From assembly GCA_024679065.1 (NCBI GenBank), contig JAGIQG010000040.1:6138001-6202000 (forward strand): 64,000 nt of DNA. Reading direction: 5' to 3'. The DNA is from Sphyrna mokarran (lineage: Eukaryota). Positions 62,856 through 64,000 of the stretch are shown one piece after another (the first letter of the stretch is position 1; every line of letters starts with the position of its first letter). A program made the position numbers and the translations under genes. The notes below the pieces were generated by a model. That model worked only from the letters and a program-made list of their open reading frames with translations. It was not told where the DNA came from and searched no databases.

Positions 62856-63336
62856 CCTCACTGCGCAGTAATAGACCGCCCCGTCCTCCACATTGAGGGC
62901 GCTGATATTGAGGTAACCGTTCTGCTCAGACCTGTCAGCAGCCGCCAGGTACCGTCCTGAAACTTGATTATCCTTCATTGCTAATACTTTAGAAATGATC
63001 CATACCGGTGGCTGTGCCGGTTTGTGCTGATACCATTGCATGCTGTAGATATCCTGGTCTGTATAGTTACAGCCTAACTGTACCGAACCTCCTTCTGATG
63101 CGGTTATTGTCACTGGTGACTGAGTTACTGGATCAACGCAGTGTCCGCCTGTGAAGATCGAGGAATTAAATGTCAAGAGTTAGTGTTTGTATCTGCGATA
63201 GTTTGAGGAACTTATTCTACGCATCGCACGGATCTTTCAGATTGTTAATTAAGTTGCCACCAATATGTTTATCTGGTTTGATGAAAGTTTTCCAGTACTT
63301 ACAGTGGAAGAGCGCCGCCAGTACGAGCAGAAACAT
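62856..63336 (-). CDS. TCR alpha-like V segment V9 (leader 63303-63336, V exon 62856-63148)
   Basis: leader MFLLVLAALFH; DPVTQSPVTITASEGGSVQLGC...WYQHKP...DGAVYYCAVR; intact. Confidence 0.92.
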
Positions 63337-64000
63337 GTCTGACTGAATCCCCCTCAGTGAATGGGAATGGAATGAGTCAGAGAAAGAGAGAAGACGGTCT
63401 TAGTTCAGCTGATTGCTCTGTGTGTGTGTGTGTGTGTTTATGAGACAGAGAGAGCGGGAGGGCGGGGTGGGGGGGTGGGGGGAGTCCATCGTGACCTCAC
63501 CAGCCTCCCATCCATACAGGTTGAAGTTGTGACGCTGCGGTTTGAATTTGGCGCCGTCTATCGGCAGATGCTGTTTAATTACACGCTCAGATTTTGATGT
63601 TGAGCGGATTCAGAGTTTCCGGTGTCATATTCCCATCCTATTCATGGATTTGTCTGAATAGAGGGATGCGATCCCCGGAAGGGTGTTTTAGTTCACTTGG
63701 GCAGCATCGCCGAAAAGCCTACTGTTGCGCTGGAATTTTCTGTGTTTTTTCCCCTCTGTGTACCAAGACACAAGTGCTGCCCAGAAATTTAAATCGGAGC
63801 TCTTCAGGTACTGACTTCGTTACTTTTGATATGTATTTGGGTAAAGGATGCTAAATCTGCGGAAATCATTGCGAGAGTTCTCTGTTTAAATCCTGGGGAG
63901 GAGAAAATCGAGTGAATGCCAGGTCTTTGCAGTAAAAGCAGATGTTCTAAATCGGAATAGCGCCAGGGATTAACAGACTAATTTGGTATTTTTTTGCTTA

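Larger units (their letters stand above)
62020..64000. repeat. segmental duplicate of ~58940-60920 (offset about 3080 bp)
   Basis: V8/V9 leader, intron and RSS align at exactly +3080. Confidence 0.92.

Noticed and set aside
29100-63336. NAR-TCR supporting V, IgNAR-like V or IgH-like V segments
   Set aside because: All intact V segments have their own leader exon and lack an extra CDR1 cysteine; none shows IgH-type WVRQ..GKGLEW frameworks or adjacent D-J cassettes.

Overview
This is a eukaryotic window, almost certainly from a cartilaginous fish (shark-type tRNA-derived SINEs, CR1 and Penelope repeats, shark-like TCR V segments). Left part (1-~24 kb): a cluster of effector-domain-less C2H2 zinc-finger genes, four intact single-coding-exon ORFs plus one pseudogene, arranged head-to-head around three homologous, internally palindromic GC/CCAAT-rich promoter and first-exon modules. 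A 66-bp minisatellite, CRE-like motifs and a CTCF-like motif lie at the boundary (~26.6-27.9 kb). Right part (29-64 kb): nine T-cell receptor alpha/delta-type V segments (leader exon, intron, V exon, 22/23-bp-spacer RSS) in mixed orientation. Seven look functional and two are pseudogenes; they include a recent triplication and a 3.08-kb duplication. Most notable observations: (1) inverted copies of the V promoter downstream of the RSS of four V segments, pointing back into them; (2) two full-length variant U1 snRNA sequences inside the V duplication units; (3) palindromic bidirectional ZNF promoter modules whose genes start at a Met replacing Gly of a TGEKP linker, behind fossil fingers; (4) CDR-focused non-synonymous divergence among near-identical V paralogs. 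No D, J or C segments were recognised. There is a 138-N assembly gap at 41752-41889. Alignments and counts were done by eye and repeat boundaries are approximate.
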